Positions 1 to 11,853 are shown, counted from the whole stretch's first letter. The stretch is 59,157 nt of DNA, filler included, from Sphacelaria rigidula (GCA_964200075.2; 5 parts of 5 records of this genome joined end to end with filler, not necessarily neighbours in it); one strand, 5' to 3'. Program-made: numbers and translations. The notes: generated by a model not told the origin, from the sequence alone.

Positions 1-9
1 CTACAAAAG

Positions 10-243
10 GTAAGCGGTTTCTGAATGCGAGACGTCCGTTTTCGCGTGGCCATATCTCTCGAGTAACATATTTTCTTCCCGTTTTTTTCGAGACCGAGGT
101 GCCAATGACCCCCCCGAATGATGTGCGTGAAACATTCGTAGCGGAAAAGGTCAAAATGGCGTGCTTGGCTGTTTTCGCGTTTTTGGCCATTCTTCGTACC
201 TTTGTTGGGCAAAAAACGAGAAGGTATACCTTTTCTAGGCCAT
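10..243 (+). repeat. Diverged interspersed repeat; inverted copy at about 6368..6600
   Basis: GCCATATCTCTCGAGTAA...GTGCGTGAAACATTCGTAGCG...TTGGCCATT...ACGAGAAGG aligns by eye with the reverse complement of 6368..6600, with many mismatches. Confidence 0.75.
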
Positions 244-2361
244 CGCTCTTCCGGTATCGACTGTAAAATGCTCAGAGCAGGAGGCACGGTCATGCGCGCC
301 CTCTCGTGGCTACTATGCCCTGAAACGTTTCTGCTATTTCATGTAGATGACAGCGAACAAGTCCATGCATCTAGAGCTGGAGTTGGACCTCGCAGCAGTG
401 CGCGAGGGGATGAAAAGAGCTCTAATTCTGTTCTGAGAGAATTGTTTTTTTTTTCTTTTGGCGCAGGACTGGAATGAGCATAGTTTTGTCGTCAGCAAAG
501 AAGATGTACACGAGTTACGTCGCAAACCGTATTTCGCAAAATGAGAAAGAAACTACAAAATAGTGACTATGTAGGTGACAACCGAAAAAAAATCTGATTT
601 GTTTTTTTACGTTTATGAGATCCCCGAGAAAAACGGGTTCTAAAACCTTTTGGGCCGAACCTCCTTCTCCGTGTCATCGCCACTTTTTTTCAAACTTTCT
701 GAAAATATGTACTTTGAAGTCCCAAATGTACCAAATATACACATTTCGTGTGATGCCCGTCTCTGCAAGTAGCTGTAGGCTGGTGGGTGAAGGCTAGAAC
801 TTTTTGCCGGGTGCTGCGGGGTCTGGAAACAAATTTGTGAGCAAATGCTGGCAACAACAACAAAAAATAGGCCACCGCCAAAAACAAACGGGGGGAAAGA
901 CCCAGGACGCGGGTAAGAACCCCGGCTTGGTACAATATTTTTTCTTTCTTTTTTTGCCCTGCCCCAGCTACCCTTTTGCGCGTGGCCGCGGGCGTTTGCT
1001 AGATGCCTTTTTCCTTCCTCGCCTCGGATAGGAAGTTATGGATTGACAACCAAACTCGGGTCCTTCAAAAATTTCACTTGACGTTTTTTCTCTTCAGCTT
1101 ACCCTCCTCAATATATATATTTTAATAGTCATCACTTCCCTACTCCGCTACTGCTCTACTTTTCGCGACATTCTCCACACATTTTTTTCTCTCTCCCACT
1201 GATGCTATCCTTGCTGTTAATTTCTTCTTTCGCGACTACGCTGTTTTATACTAGTGACCCCTTTCCCTCATCATCTGCATGTAGCAGTCTTAGCCCACGG
1301 TGCATTATTCACGTCAATATCTTCTTTCGCTGACTCACATTGTTTTTCTTCTTTTCTTTTGTTCCCCTGTCTGCCGTATTGTACCACTTGATTTTTCTTC
1401 CATTTTTCTCCTCTTGCTTTCCACATTTTCCGTTCTGTTCTCTCTATTTCCCGCGGGAATTTCATCTTACAGCCATCTCCGCTATTTCAAGTGCTGCTTT
1501 CATTCTGCAAGCGTATAGCTCGTCCATCCATGGTGTTATTTGGGCGAGTACTTTTTAAGCGCCGTTGCCTGATGCACGAAAGTACACCCCAGGTACATCT
1601 GTCTGGAGAAACCTACGATGGCAAACTTCAGGGACGAGCGCCAAGCGCGACGAAGACCAACTTAGGGTTACGGGTGAGATCAGGCATCGACAGCGGCTCC
1701 ACCAATCGCGGCCAATGGAGGTTTTGCTAGACATCAGAGAAGGTGGTTGAACTATATGTCAGTAATGTAGCGTAAGGTCAACAGGTGAGATGGAACTCTT
1801 AACCTTTGCGTGGCAGGCGTTTCTGCGCTACCATCCCTGCTCAGAGTCAGGTTCTTCCCATGCACGTAGTTGGATTCGTAATCGTACCCCCGCCTCTGAC
1901 CTTCCGACGCATGGGTCCGTAACATACTTGTGAGAGTACACACGTGGATAGATAGCACCCTGTGGGGCGCACTGTGCAGGGTCCGTACAGGGCCTTCCAC
2001 ATTCTTTGTGAAAAACCATGACAGTGAAAACGCAAATCTGTACCTGTCGTAGCTTTTTTGTCGAAACCCTGCAAGCAACCCTGCGGAGAGGCCCTCTCGA
2101 CTTTGAAAATTCCAATATATATATATAAATATAATTCCAAATTATTTTGGTACAAACTCTGTTATATATATATATTTTAATGCTGGCATGAGATAAACGA
2201 ATGTGACGGAGCACCGGACCACCGTCGATCTTCGTGTCTCAATCCTGGTACTTCGTACGTGAGACCGGAAATACTCGGTACACCATCACATTGGACTAGA
2301 TTGCGGTACGAACAGGAAGTCCAACAAAAATGTCACCATTCATCGGGGGACCGGCCACTAA

Positions 2362-2657
2362 CAAGGTTTTCGTGAGATTGAGGTAAGAGGGTGAATTGCG
2401 AGCGGTTCTTATCATTCGCTTTAACTTGGCCAGTTTTTTCTTCCGTGTATGCTTTTTTTTGCCTGTAACTCTGACGGCTGCTTACGGCTACACGTCCATA
2501 TCCTACTCAGGGAAATCAGAGGTCTCAGTGGCAAGCTACTACAGCAAGGATATCGGGCCTCGTGGAGGGTCATTCCGGAACTGGAATGATTCATTCACTG
2601 ATTGACCGCTTCTCATTCTCAATCGTATCCTCTACTCTCAATCTCACGAAAACACTG
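2362..2657. mobile_element. Small TIR element (MITE-like)
   Basis: GTTTTCGTGAGATTGAG at 2366 is inverted as CTCAATCTCACGAAAAC ending at 2653. The right end terminates in CACTG. Confidence 0.55.
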
Positions 2658-2831
2658 TTCACCACAGTACGCCTATTTTGCTCTACTCGCAACCTCACGA
2701 CCACCTCCGTCTCAAGAGAATGAAGTACCCCACGTCAGTCGCTCCTTGTTTTAAAAGTGCCAATGGTCCACGCTAGCACACGCCTATATACCCCGCGTCG
2801 GACCCGAGAGCCAAACTCATAATGGGTAGCA

Positions 2832-4923
2832 TTATTCATCACCTATCGGACGTCCAACAGGAGGAAGACTCGACACTCTCGGCTCCAACTTCACGTTCGA
2901 TTTCACCTCTGCCCCTTCAGCCTGCATATTATCAAACGCGCCAAGACACCCGGACACCACTGCCGACGAATCGTATAACCATCCCGCATCCACACCACTA
3001 CTGCTACTACTAGAGCTACTACTAACACCTACGCCGCTCGAACCACTTGAACATGTAGCCTGTTCCCTATGATCACTTACCCAAGTGCCACAGTGCGCTG
3101 AAAAATGGGCTGCTGGCTCTACCTTTATTCCTGCCCCTGTCCTTGCCTCCGGAGATACCTGAGCACCAGCTCTCGAGGGTACCTGTGCCGAGGGCAACGG
3201 TAGCGTTGTACCACCCCGTCTGGGACGTTGACACACACAACGGCGAGTGCCAACAACGGCACATGAACCAGAAGCCGAGCACCCGGCACGTGTGCATCCT
3301 ATTCCACGTACGTCAGCAACAAAGCTTCCGCCAACGTCCGTCGGGCGACGGCTGGTGGGGTCCACCATAGTGATGAGTTTCGCGGAGTCGTGCACTGTAC
3401 CTGCGTTGTGTGTAGTATTATGCTGTCGGCAACACTGTGCCTCATCAGGGTTGTGTCCCTTGGAGGTACATGGCTCGGAGTTTCCCTTCTTGCCAGAATT
3501 GACATGCTTTGTGCCACCAATTCCCGCCTCGGCATGCTCGGAGAAGAGCTTCGCCTTCTTGTTCCTCGTCTCACCATACGATGGGTGTTTGAGGCCGGCC
3601 TCGTGATAGCACCTTCTCTTCACATTCACCATTCCCGCCCTGGCGTGCTCAAAGCAGAACTCTCTCTTCTTGCTTCCCGGTACACCATACGACGGATACT
3701 TGAGGCAGCCCTCGTCGCTGCATTTCTTGTCCCCCACATGCACCATCCCCTCCCTGGCGTGCGCGGAGCAGAACACCGCCTTCTTGCTTCCTGCTACACC
3801 ATACGACGGATACTTGGGGCAACCCTCGTCGCCGCACCTCTTGCTCACCACATTTACCATTCTCGCCCTGGCGTGCTCGGAGCAGAACTCCGCCTTCTTG
3901 CTTCCTGCTACACCAAATGATGGACGCTTGAGGCAGCGCTCGTCGCCGCATCTCTTGCCCATCACATTTACCATTCCCGCCCTGGCGTGCTCGGAGCAGA
4001 ACACCGCCTTCTTGCTCCCTGCTACACCATACGATGAACGCTTGAGGCAACCCTCGCCGCCGCACCTCTTGCTCATCACATTCACCATTCCCGCCCTGGC
4101 GTGCTCGGAGCAGAACACCGCCTTTCGGCTTCCTGCTTCACCATACGATGGCGGCTTGAGGCAACCCTTGTCGCCGCACCTCTTGCTCATCACGTTCACC
4201 ATTCCCGCCCTGGCGTGCTCGGAGCAGAACACCGCATTTCGGCTTCCTGCTTCACCATACGATGAACGCTTGAGGCAACCCTCGTCGCCGCACCTCTTGC
4301 TCATCACGTTCACCATTCCCGCCCTGGCGTGCTCGGAGCAGAACACCGCCTTTCGGCTCCCTGCTACACCATACGATGGCTGCTTGAGGCAACCCTTGTT
4401 GCCACACCTCTTGCTCACCACATCCATCATTCCCGCCCTGGCGTGCGCGAAGCAGAACTCCGCCTCCTTGCTCCCTGCTACACCATACGATGGCTGCTTG
4501 AGGCAGCCCTTGTTGCCACACCTCTTGCTCACCACATCCACCATTCCCGCCCTGGCGTGCGCGGAGCAGTACTCCGCCTCCTTTCTCCCTGCTACACCAA
4601 ATGATGGACGCTTGAGGCAACCCTCGTCGCCGCATCTCTTGCCCGCCACAGGTACCATTCCCGCCCCGGCGTGCTCGGAGCAGAACACCGCCTCCTTGCT
4701 CCCTGCTTCACCATACGATGGACGCTTGAGGCAACCCTCGCCGCCGCACCTCTTACTCACCTCATTTACCATTCCCGCCCTGGCGTGCTCGGAGCAGAAC
4801 TCCGCTTCGTAGCCTATTGAACCGTGCGATAACCGGTTGGAACAGCCCTCGTTGATGCAATTTCTCTTCGTCACGTCGGCCGTCAGCTTCTTCTTCGCGT
4901 CCTCCTCCTTCGAGAACCGGAAC
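2832..4923 (-). CDS. EsV-1-7 repeat (Cys/His tandem repeat) protein, large terminal exon; upstream exon(s) not identified
   Basis: The 680-aa ORF 2832..4874 extends in frame (FRFSKEEDAKKKLTADV) to a CAG acceptor at 4926-4924, with a CTGAC branch-like site about 40 nt upstream. It has 11 complete and 1 degenerate 38-aa repeats of the type KRCGDEGCLKRPSYGVAGSKKAxFCSEHARAGMVNV, which match the EsV-1-7 repeat known from the phaeovirus EsV-1 and expanded in brown algae. A low-complexity Ser/Gly-rich C-terminal tail follows. Confidence 0.9.
3520..4868 (-). repeat. Coding tandem array of 114-bp units (about 12 units)
   Basis: Near-identical units such as ACCATTCCCGCCCTGGCGTGCTCGGAGCAGAAC recur every 114 bp on the + strand. 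Confidence 0.95.
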
Positions 4924-5574
4924 CTGCCGGTATCACGATCACCAAAGCGCCGGAAAGCTAATCGTCAGCTACACGTGGCAGCACGTGAAGTTCATTTGTA
5001 GAAACTATGAAATTGCATTTGTTGCGCATAAATCAGAAGAGCACGAGACATCAGCATCCACGAAGACGATGCTCGATATGCACTGACCCACACAAACCTA
5101 GTTTTGGACAAGGGTGTCCTCTACATCACCTTAGTATGCATCGGGACCAACATCAGGACCGAAATAGTACGTGAGTAATATTCCATTGCCAAATCGTGCT
5201 TGGCCGTGAAAAGGACACGTGGCAGAATGAGACATGCCAAATCATGTACCCGGGCTTGCACCATCCTGCCAACGCTCGGAGAGGTTGACTTCCACTTTCG
5301 AACTACCTGACAGCGTTGGTGGAAGTGTTTCTATGCGCACAGAAGACTAGTACACGTTCGGAAAAACCATCCTGAACTCGCAAGTACCTGACAAGATTTT
5401 CGAACTACGGATATGCTATGATTTTATTCTATTTGATAGTCAGAAATAAAAAAGGGGTACCCTGTTTTCTCAACAGCGCTTCACGTGATCATCAAAAGTC
5501 AGTTATTTTGGTACTCGTGTTCAACTTGATATATGCGCATGCGTAGAGAAGAACAAGTATCTGACTGGTCCCGA

Positions 5575-5823
5575 GATAGCCCCCCCCCAAACCGGCCAAA
5601 ACCGTGCACGGAGGCGATGATCATAAATGCCATTAGAGCTAGTTTCGTGCTGCACGACGCGACTCATTTGGGCGTTGTAGCTGATTTCGGACTACAACAC
5701 GCCTCTCATGTGTGCGAAATTGCTGGAAACGAGCCCAATGGTGAAATCGCAGCCGGTTTGTCGGACGGTCTCCGGTGCACTTTTTGTGGTAGGGCTACCT
5801 CGGCATTAGTCACTCGCCGAATT
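5575..5823 (+). repeat. Interspersed repeat; second copy at about 46438..46692 (minus)
   Basis: TTCGTGCTGCACGACGCGACTCATTTGGGCGTTGTAGCTGATTT matches the reverse complement of 46570-46620. The shadow ORFs of both copies share FVLHDATHLGV. Confidence 0.85.
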
Positions 5824-6367
5824 CCAACACACACACGAGCACATGGCACGTCCAGTAGTGTGTACTTGATTTTTCTGTCGTACGCATGCGCGTATCGGTG
5901 TCAATAAATATCAGCTGATACCTATCAGTTATCGTCGCAAACTACAGTTACAGTACTTTGCCGTTTTGGTTGCTACTTGACCTGCAAGTGGGTATTCATT
6001 ATTTGTGCAACCGGACGTATTGAAGGATTCGGGTACTGCTCGTATCGTGCCTGCACGACGCGCATGGTGTTTTACATGCTTCCTTTCGCCGGTTCAAAGT
6101 GTCCTGTCGGGGATGTGCCCAAAGTTAAGTGAGACGCGAGATAGGTGAGGGGCACAAAGATATGACGTACAGTGCATTTCAATTGTTTAGGATCTGTACA
6201 CCATAGATGTGTACGATAGGTGCGGATATCCTAGCCAGCACGAAAAAGACTATCGTCATTGTAGACATCGTTGCTACTAGACCCGTTCTGGAGAAAACAT
6301 GTTCTGGCCTCAAACATATCTCGAAAACGTTCACACCCCGGACAATACAGTATGTAAAATGTTGACA

Positions 6368-6600
6368 AATGGCCAGGAGAAGATATCCCTTCTCGTATTT
6401 TTCCCAAGGTACAAAAAATGGCCAGAAAAGCGTAAACAGCAAAACACGCAATCTAGACCGATTACGCTACGAATTTTTCACGCACAGCAATCGAGGGGCT
6501 CCTCGGCACCCGCGCCTCGAACACAAAAACAGAAAAAACACTTTACTCGCGAGATATGGCAATGCGCAGAAGGAAGTCTGGCCTCCAGAAACCACTTCCG
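6368..6600 (-). repeat. Inverted copy of the 10..243 repeat
   Basis: The reverse complement reads GCCATATCTCGCGAGTAA...GTGCGTGAAAAATTCGTAGCG...TGGCCATT...ACGAGAAGG. Confidence 0.75.
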
Positions 6601-7651
6601 CTTCCTAGGCCAAGTTACGGCCAGGTATACCTGATCAAGCATATATTTTTCAATCGTACCTTACCTAGGCCACCACTCGGCCCAGAAAGTGCCTATCTTG
6701 GGCCATCGCTTCCCACGCTGTACCTGATGAGGCGCACTGCGCGAAAGGGAAAACTACGCGCCAATTACAACATTGGCGCCCACACATTCGACTCTTTTCC
6801 CGCCCCTTTCTGTTTACGAACGCCACAACCATGGACCCCTTTCTTCCCGGAAATGGATCCCCAGTATCTCCGCATCGACACCAGAACTGGACTCACAACT
6901 CACAGCGCGTCGGTCTTTTGCGCTTGGGGGGTGTTACGTAGCGTCGTGCCGCTGCGATCTGGGGCTGGTATCATATTCTGTATTGAACCAACCTTGTGGG
7001 ACCCTTTTCCCCCACAATCGTATGTTTGTGGCAGGTGTCAATCCCTATTTCTTCAAGTTTCTTTTCAAGCTCTTTCCTATCTCTGCACGGGCTCCGGCAT
7101 CCATCGCATCGGGATCTTTCTTAAACCATAAACCATTCTTGTAATATCGCATGGCCTTCGAGGTCAGCGGAACCTCGCAGTGCCAATGTCCCTGGAGGAC
7201 CGCAATGTTGGCGATTGCCGTCTTGACGGCCTCCGATACACGGGATGTTGCCGCAACCGGTTGACGCGGCAAGCCGGCACAGTCGTTGTCCCTCGACCCC
7301 TGAAAGATCCCGCAACTGCCTCCATCGTCTGGGCTTGTCGAACCACTACCATACTCGCCACTAGCGGTCGGCCGACCAGCTTCACTCCGAAATACATCAA
7401 TTTTCTATAGTTTTCGATTGTCTTTGGTGGACGCAAACCGTCACCTTGATCTTCCGCTTTGCGGTGGAAGGAGGGATGTTGGTGGGCGGTCTGTAGGGGA
7501 CGGAGAGCCACAGATACAAGTTTTCCCGTGGACAGCTAAAAGCCACAGAGGGATGGTGTTCGGTGGGACGCTGGCAGCCATCAACTACTTCTGCAGCTGA
7601 CGGCCATAAACTAGTACATACCCTGACAGCTGACGAGCTCGTACACAACAG

Positions 7652-7734
7652 AGGTGTCTCAAACTCGAAGCTCCTCGATTATGTAACAGTAATTTACAGT
7701 AAGAAATACCGGACCTTCGAGTTTGAAAAATCTC
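7652..7734. mobile_element. About 83-bp MITE; same family at 34881..34963
   Basis: TIRs AGGTGTCTCAAACTCGAAG / CTTCGAGTTTGAAAAATCT. Confidence 0.6.
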
Positions 7735-8189
7735 CAAGATTTTCGTGCTTTGTATGCTGGCCGTGGTTCAAGGTATTGTTTCAACAGAAAAATGACGCCG
7801 ATTCATAAGCCAACATGACTTAACAGGCCGAGGGTCAGATAACCAATGAACCGGATCACTTTCCCTCGAAGAGTTAGTTCGAAATATTCCGAAGGAACGA
7901 CGTACCACTCTCGCCTACCTTTTTTGTCGAAATGATTCGAATAGGGTCCCGCATAAACATCCTGCACGCCAACGAAAATATCTAAACATCTACTTGTTGA
8001 ACTACACTTGAAGAGAGATTCGTTTGACGGGATGACTTTCAGGACGCGGCATAACAAGTACTCAAATATACATGATTCGGTGTAACACACACCCGACATC
8101 GATGCGCCCAACGCATATACAATTGGTGGGTAATATATTTCAACACACGCTATCCCGATATCTAAAGTTGTATCGATACCCTGACCGGG

Positions 8190-8515
8190 CAATATATTCG
8201 CACTCATACGACCCCAACATGAATTGATCGACCAATATATTGGCACCCACGCGGCCGCAATATAGACTGACCGGTCAATATATTCTCACCGATTCTACTC
8301 TAATATATGTTGGTCGTGCAAAATGTCTTTGCCCACACTGCCCCAATATATAGTGACGGGACGATATGCGTGCAATCCCGCGGTACCGATATATATATAT
8401 ATATATATATGGCGGGCAGTATGTCTGCAGTCCCACGACAACAACATATTTTGGGCGGGCAATACATGTGCAGTCCAAGGGTACCACTGTATATTACGCC
8501 GGCACTACATTGCAA
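8190..8515. repeat. Degenerate 43-bp-period tandem array
   Basis: CAATATAT-like motifs at 8190, 8233, 8276, 8319, 8362, 8417, 8460, 8503, and a second series at 8215, 8258, 8301, 8344, 8387, 8442, 8485. A 12-bp phase shift coincides with an (AT)n expansion. Confidence 0.8.
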
Positions 8516-11299
8516 TATTCGCATACGATCGACTAATACATATTGGGAACATTTTGTTTTGCTCGGCGTGTGAAAAGGTGTTAGAATATTTTGCTATAAG
8601 CCGGCACATGTTCGACAGCCTCCAGGAAGATTGTTCGAACCTCAAAGATGTATGACGAAGTTCGGAAAAGTGGTCCTAAACTGATAAAATACCTGCACAT
8701 GTTCGGGTAAGCCCTTTTTAGAGCGAAAATGTACCTCACGCTTGTTGGACACATACGCCCTACTGTAGAATGAACAGGTAGATATGTCGGGAAGATACGT
8801 GCTGAAGTGAACATGTGCTGAATCTTCCGTGACTCCGGTGAACTATACCCACGGTGGTGTAAAAGCCAGCACAGGGGATACATGCAAAAGGACGAAACCT
8901 GCGCTTGCAGGCTGGTTCAGGGTGGAAGCCCATAATTACCCCCACTAGAAAAAGCACGCAAAACTGACTCGATAGCAACATATCTGGCATCATAGTGATC
9001 CCCCATGAGCAAGCCAACAGTGTGACATTACCAGGTTTTTCTTGTGTCCTTCATCGTGGCGCTGGTGGTGAAGATGTGCCTAGGCCAATCCGCACCCCTC
9101 AAATTGTTTCTGACATTTGGAATGCGAATGATCGACTCAACTCGTACCAATCTTATCGCCAAACAATCCTTGGAAACCGCCATCAGCCAGGGAATCTAAC
9201 GCGAAAAGCATACTTGAAAATGGTTTGTATGGAATCGGGTTATACCCTCAAAAACGTGATATTTCGGTGGTATGTGGGTTTTGGCGTCGTCGGCTTTCCG
9301 CTGACGACATGTATCGAAGACCCAGAGGGCCTCTTGAACTCTCATGTGTAACTTCCGTACAGGAGTTCCGATCGTCGTCAAACTTAGCAGTTTGGAATGA
9401 TATGGGTGCCATGAATGGGTGAACATCCGTCGAAGAATATTTCGGAGTTTATCTGTTCTCGATCAGTTTCTGGGGGAACCATCCCTCAAGCCGGTGCAGA
9501 TTGCTTCAAAATAATAAAAATTCAACTCGATTCGTCCCAAGGTAGTTAGTCCAAGGAACATTTGCAAAAGGTTTCGTTGCATCACTCGAAAAGCCGATCC
9601 CGAACGGTTGATTTGAGCTCAAGCGCACGAGGAAAACGTCGGCAGGATATGTTACTCGAATAATTCGGGGGGTTCTACGTGCATTCATCTGAATACCTGC
9701 AACGCAAACGGCCAATGGTTCACGCCTTTTTTGGAGTTGGACCCTGAACTTTGGCTCACCTCGCACAGATAGGGGCTACTCAGAGTGAGTGACAAGAGTT
9801 CCGCTCGGAGCGCTGGTGTGGCCGAGCGTTGAAAAATCGGCACCGGGCACGAATTGAGGACCCATCTGAGAATTAGGGGAAGAATTATCACGAGACACAT
9901 GTCCTGCATCATTGTGCTGCAGCACAAACTCACTCACCGTCTCTCTCGTGTGCTGTAGCTGTCACTGCGATGTGATGCCTTTCAGACCTTTGCGAAGACT
10001 GCTTGGTTATCGCCGGGACTGCCTGAGTTGTTTCATTTTCGTTGCATCCGTCTCCATGAAAAATACGGTTCGTCAGCACCCAGTGCTGTCTACGCACTGC
10101 TGAAACCTTCATGGTGTGTTGGTTTTTGGTCTTCCGTCAAACGAAAAGGCGCCTTCCACACCCATCATTTATATGCCGCGGTTGTCGCTGTGCTGTTGTG
10201 CACCACAACACTCTGCGACGAATACGGTGCGATGTACGCCGGAGAGTGCCTGAGCAGTTGTACTGCTGGATGCCGCGTTTCGGTCTGCACAGAATTGGGG
10301 TAGGATCAAAGTGCTGTCAATGCAAAAGTTGAACCAACCACGTGACGGCTGTGTAGCTGTGTGTTTGCGTCTGATTTGATTCTTCAGTCATAGTCGGGTG
10401 TTGTTGTGGTTGGGGAAGACACGCAAGGCGGGCGCGTGCAGGCTGGGGCAAACAAACTGAGCCAGCACGGAGCTGCAGTAAGTATCCTCAGCGATTGCCG
10501 GCGATTGATGGTATAGTAGCAGCTATCTGTCTTGCAGCGGCGCAATGTGTGGGCCAATCAAAGCTACTGTTTGTCACTGATATACCGCTCGTTTCTCTCA
10601 TCTCGTCGGTGAAAAGTCGTCGCATTTTCGTACATTGACCGGCTTTGTTCCGTCGAAAAACCTCGCCACTCGTATTTTATGCCTCTATCCGTGGCCCCTG
10701 CGCCGAGATTGGCATCCGCGTGCTCTCATATATTTGGAAAGACTGAATAAATGAGGCATTCCGATTTGTTTTTATGCAAGATATTCGGGGTCCCAGGAGG
10801 GGGAGTCTGACTTCCCCTCCTGACATTCCGGACCCCCGGCAAAACAAAATGAAATTCGAGAGACCCCTTGCATACAGCCCGTCTTAATATCTCAGAGTAC
10901 CTGTGTGCAAACACTCGGGGTCTACCTCCAAAGGACGGCGTGAGCAAACGCTGGGGAGTGAATTCCGGTTGTTCACCCTGAACCAGCCTGTACAACGTTT
11001 GAACGGCCGGTCGTTCAGGTGCCGTAATTATGATATTCGATTCGATGCTATGTCGTTGTGATTGTCTTCTTCGTCATCTTGGTTGTACGAGTAATCTGTT
11101 GCCCCTGAACCACCCCTTCACTGTAGTTGCGTCGTGTCACATGCAATGGTGCGCATGCAATCAACGAGCAGTGCAGCTGCACACGCCCGCCACCGGTCGG
11201 CATCTCCCGTGAAGACTCGCAGTTCTCGGCCCAAGGGCAGCCAGGACGCCAGCTTTCCGCACTTTGGACAATGGACACAATTATAGTCTATTGCTTCAG

Positions 11300-11498
11300 C
11301 AATAGACACGGGGGACAATCTATCGATATAAATCATCGAACACGATAGATGGTGAAACACATATATTGATATGTATTGCAAGGGCCAATAGATATTGCAA
11401 TCGTCGATCGATGGCCTATGGCAGTTACAATAGATGAAGATCACTCGCCATCGATGGACATCGTGTACCGCAATAGATTCTGGGATGTACATATTGCC
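11300..11498. repeat. Degenerate 43-bp-period motif array
   Basis: CAATAGA-like motif at 11300, 11343, 11386, 11428, 11471, and ATCGAT-like motif at 11322, 11365, 11407, 11450. Confidence 0.7.
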
Positions 11499-11500
11499 GC

Positions 11501-11580
11501 GCCCCGGTGGTGTAATGGTCCGACTGTCGCCATTGGGGTGGAGAGAACGGGGGTTCGAGTCCCGATGCGATAGGTTTTTT
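11501..11580 (+). mobile_element. tRNA-derived SINE head
   Basis: GCCCCGG, box A TGGTGTAATGG and box B GGTTCGAGTCC, followed by a T-run. The acceptor stem does not close. Confidence 0.7.
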
Positions 11581-11753
11581 CTTCGTAATGTATGATTTCC
11601 AACGTGGAGAGCGTGAGAACGTGGGTAAACAAAAGTGGTCGACGGGGTTTGTGTGACGTGAGTTGACGCGGTGCGGGACTGCTGATTCAATCCGCGAGAT
11701 CAAAATGAAAGGTACGTACCGGGGGAGAGATGGGTTGATCCCTTGAGACGACG

Positions 11754-11853
11754 NNNNNNNNNNNNNNNNNNNNNNNNNNNNNNNNNNNNNNNNNNNNTTA
11801 ATTAATTAANNNNNNNNNNNNNNNNNNNNNNNNNNNNNNNNNNNNNNNNNNNN
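11754..11853. other. Artificial contig linker (N44-TTAATTAATTAA-N44)
   Basis: Read directly from the sequence; identical to the other three linkers. Confidence 0.99.

Noticed and set aside
3670-4812. 380-aa + strand repetitive ORF
   Set aside because: Antisense shadow of the EsV-1-7 array. A stop-free unit repeated in tandem explains its length, and it starts at TTG.
2832-4923. Endogenous phaeovirus insertion
   Set aside because: No other viral genes are recognisable and the exon has a spliceosomal acceptor, so it looks like a host family member.
11501-11572. tRNA genes (also 35399, 50497, 52936)
   Set aside because: A and B boxes are present but the acceptor and anticodon stems do not pair, so these are treated as SINE heads.
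11798-11809. TTAATTAATTAA motif recurring every 11.85 kb
   Set aside because: Assembly linker, not biological.
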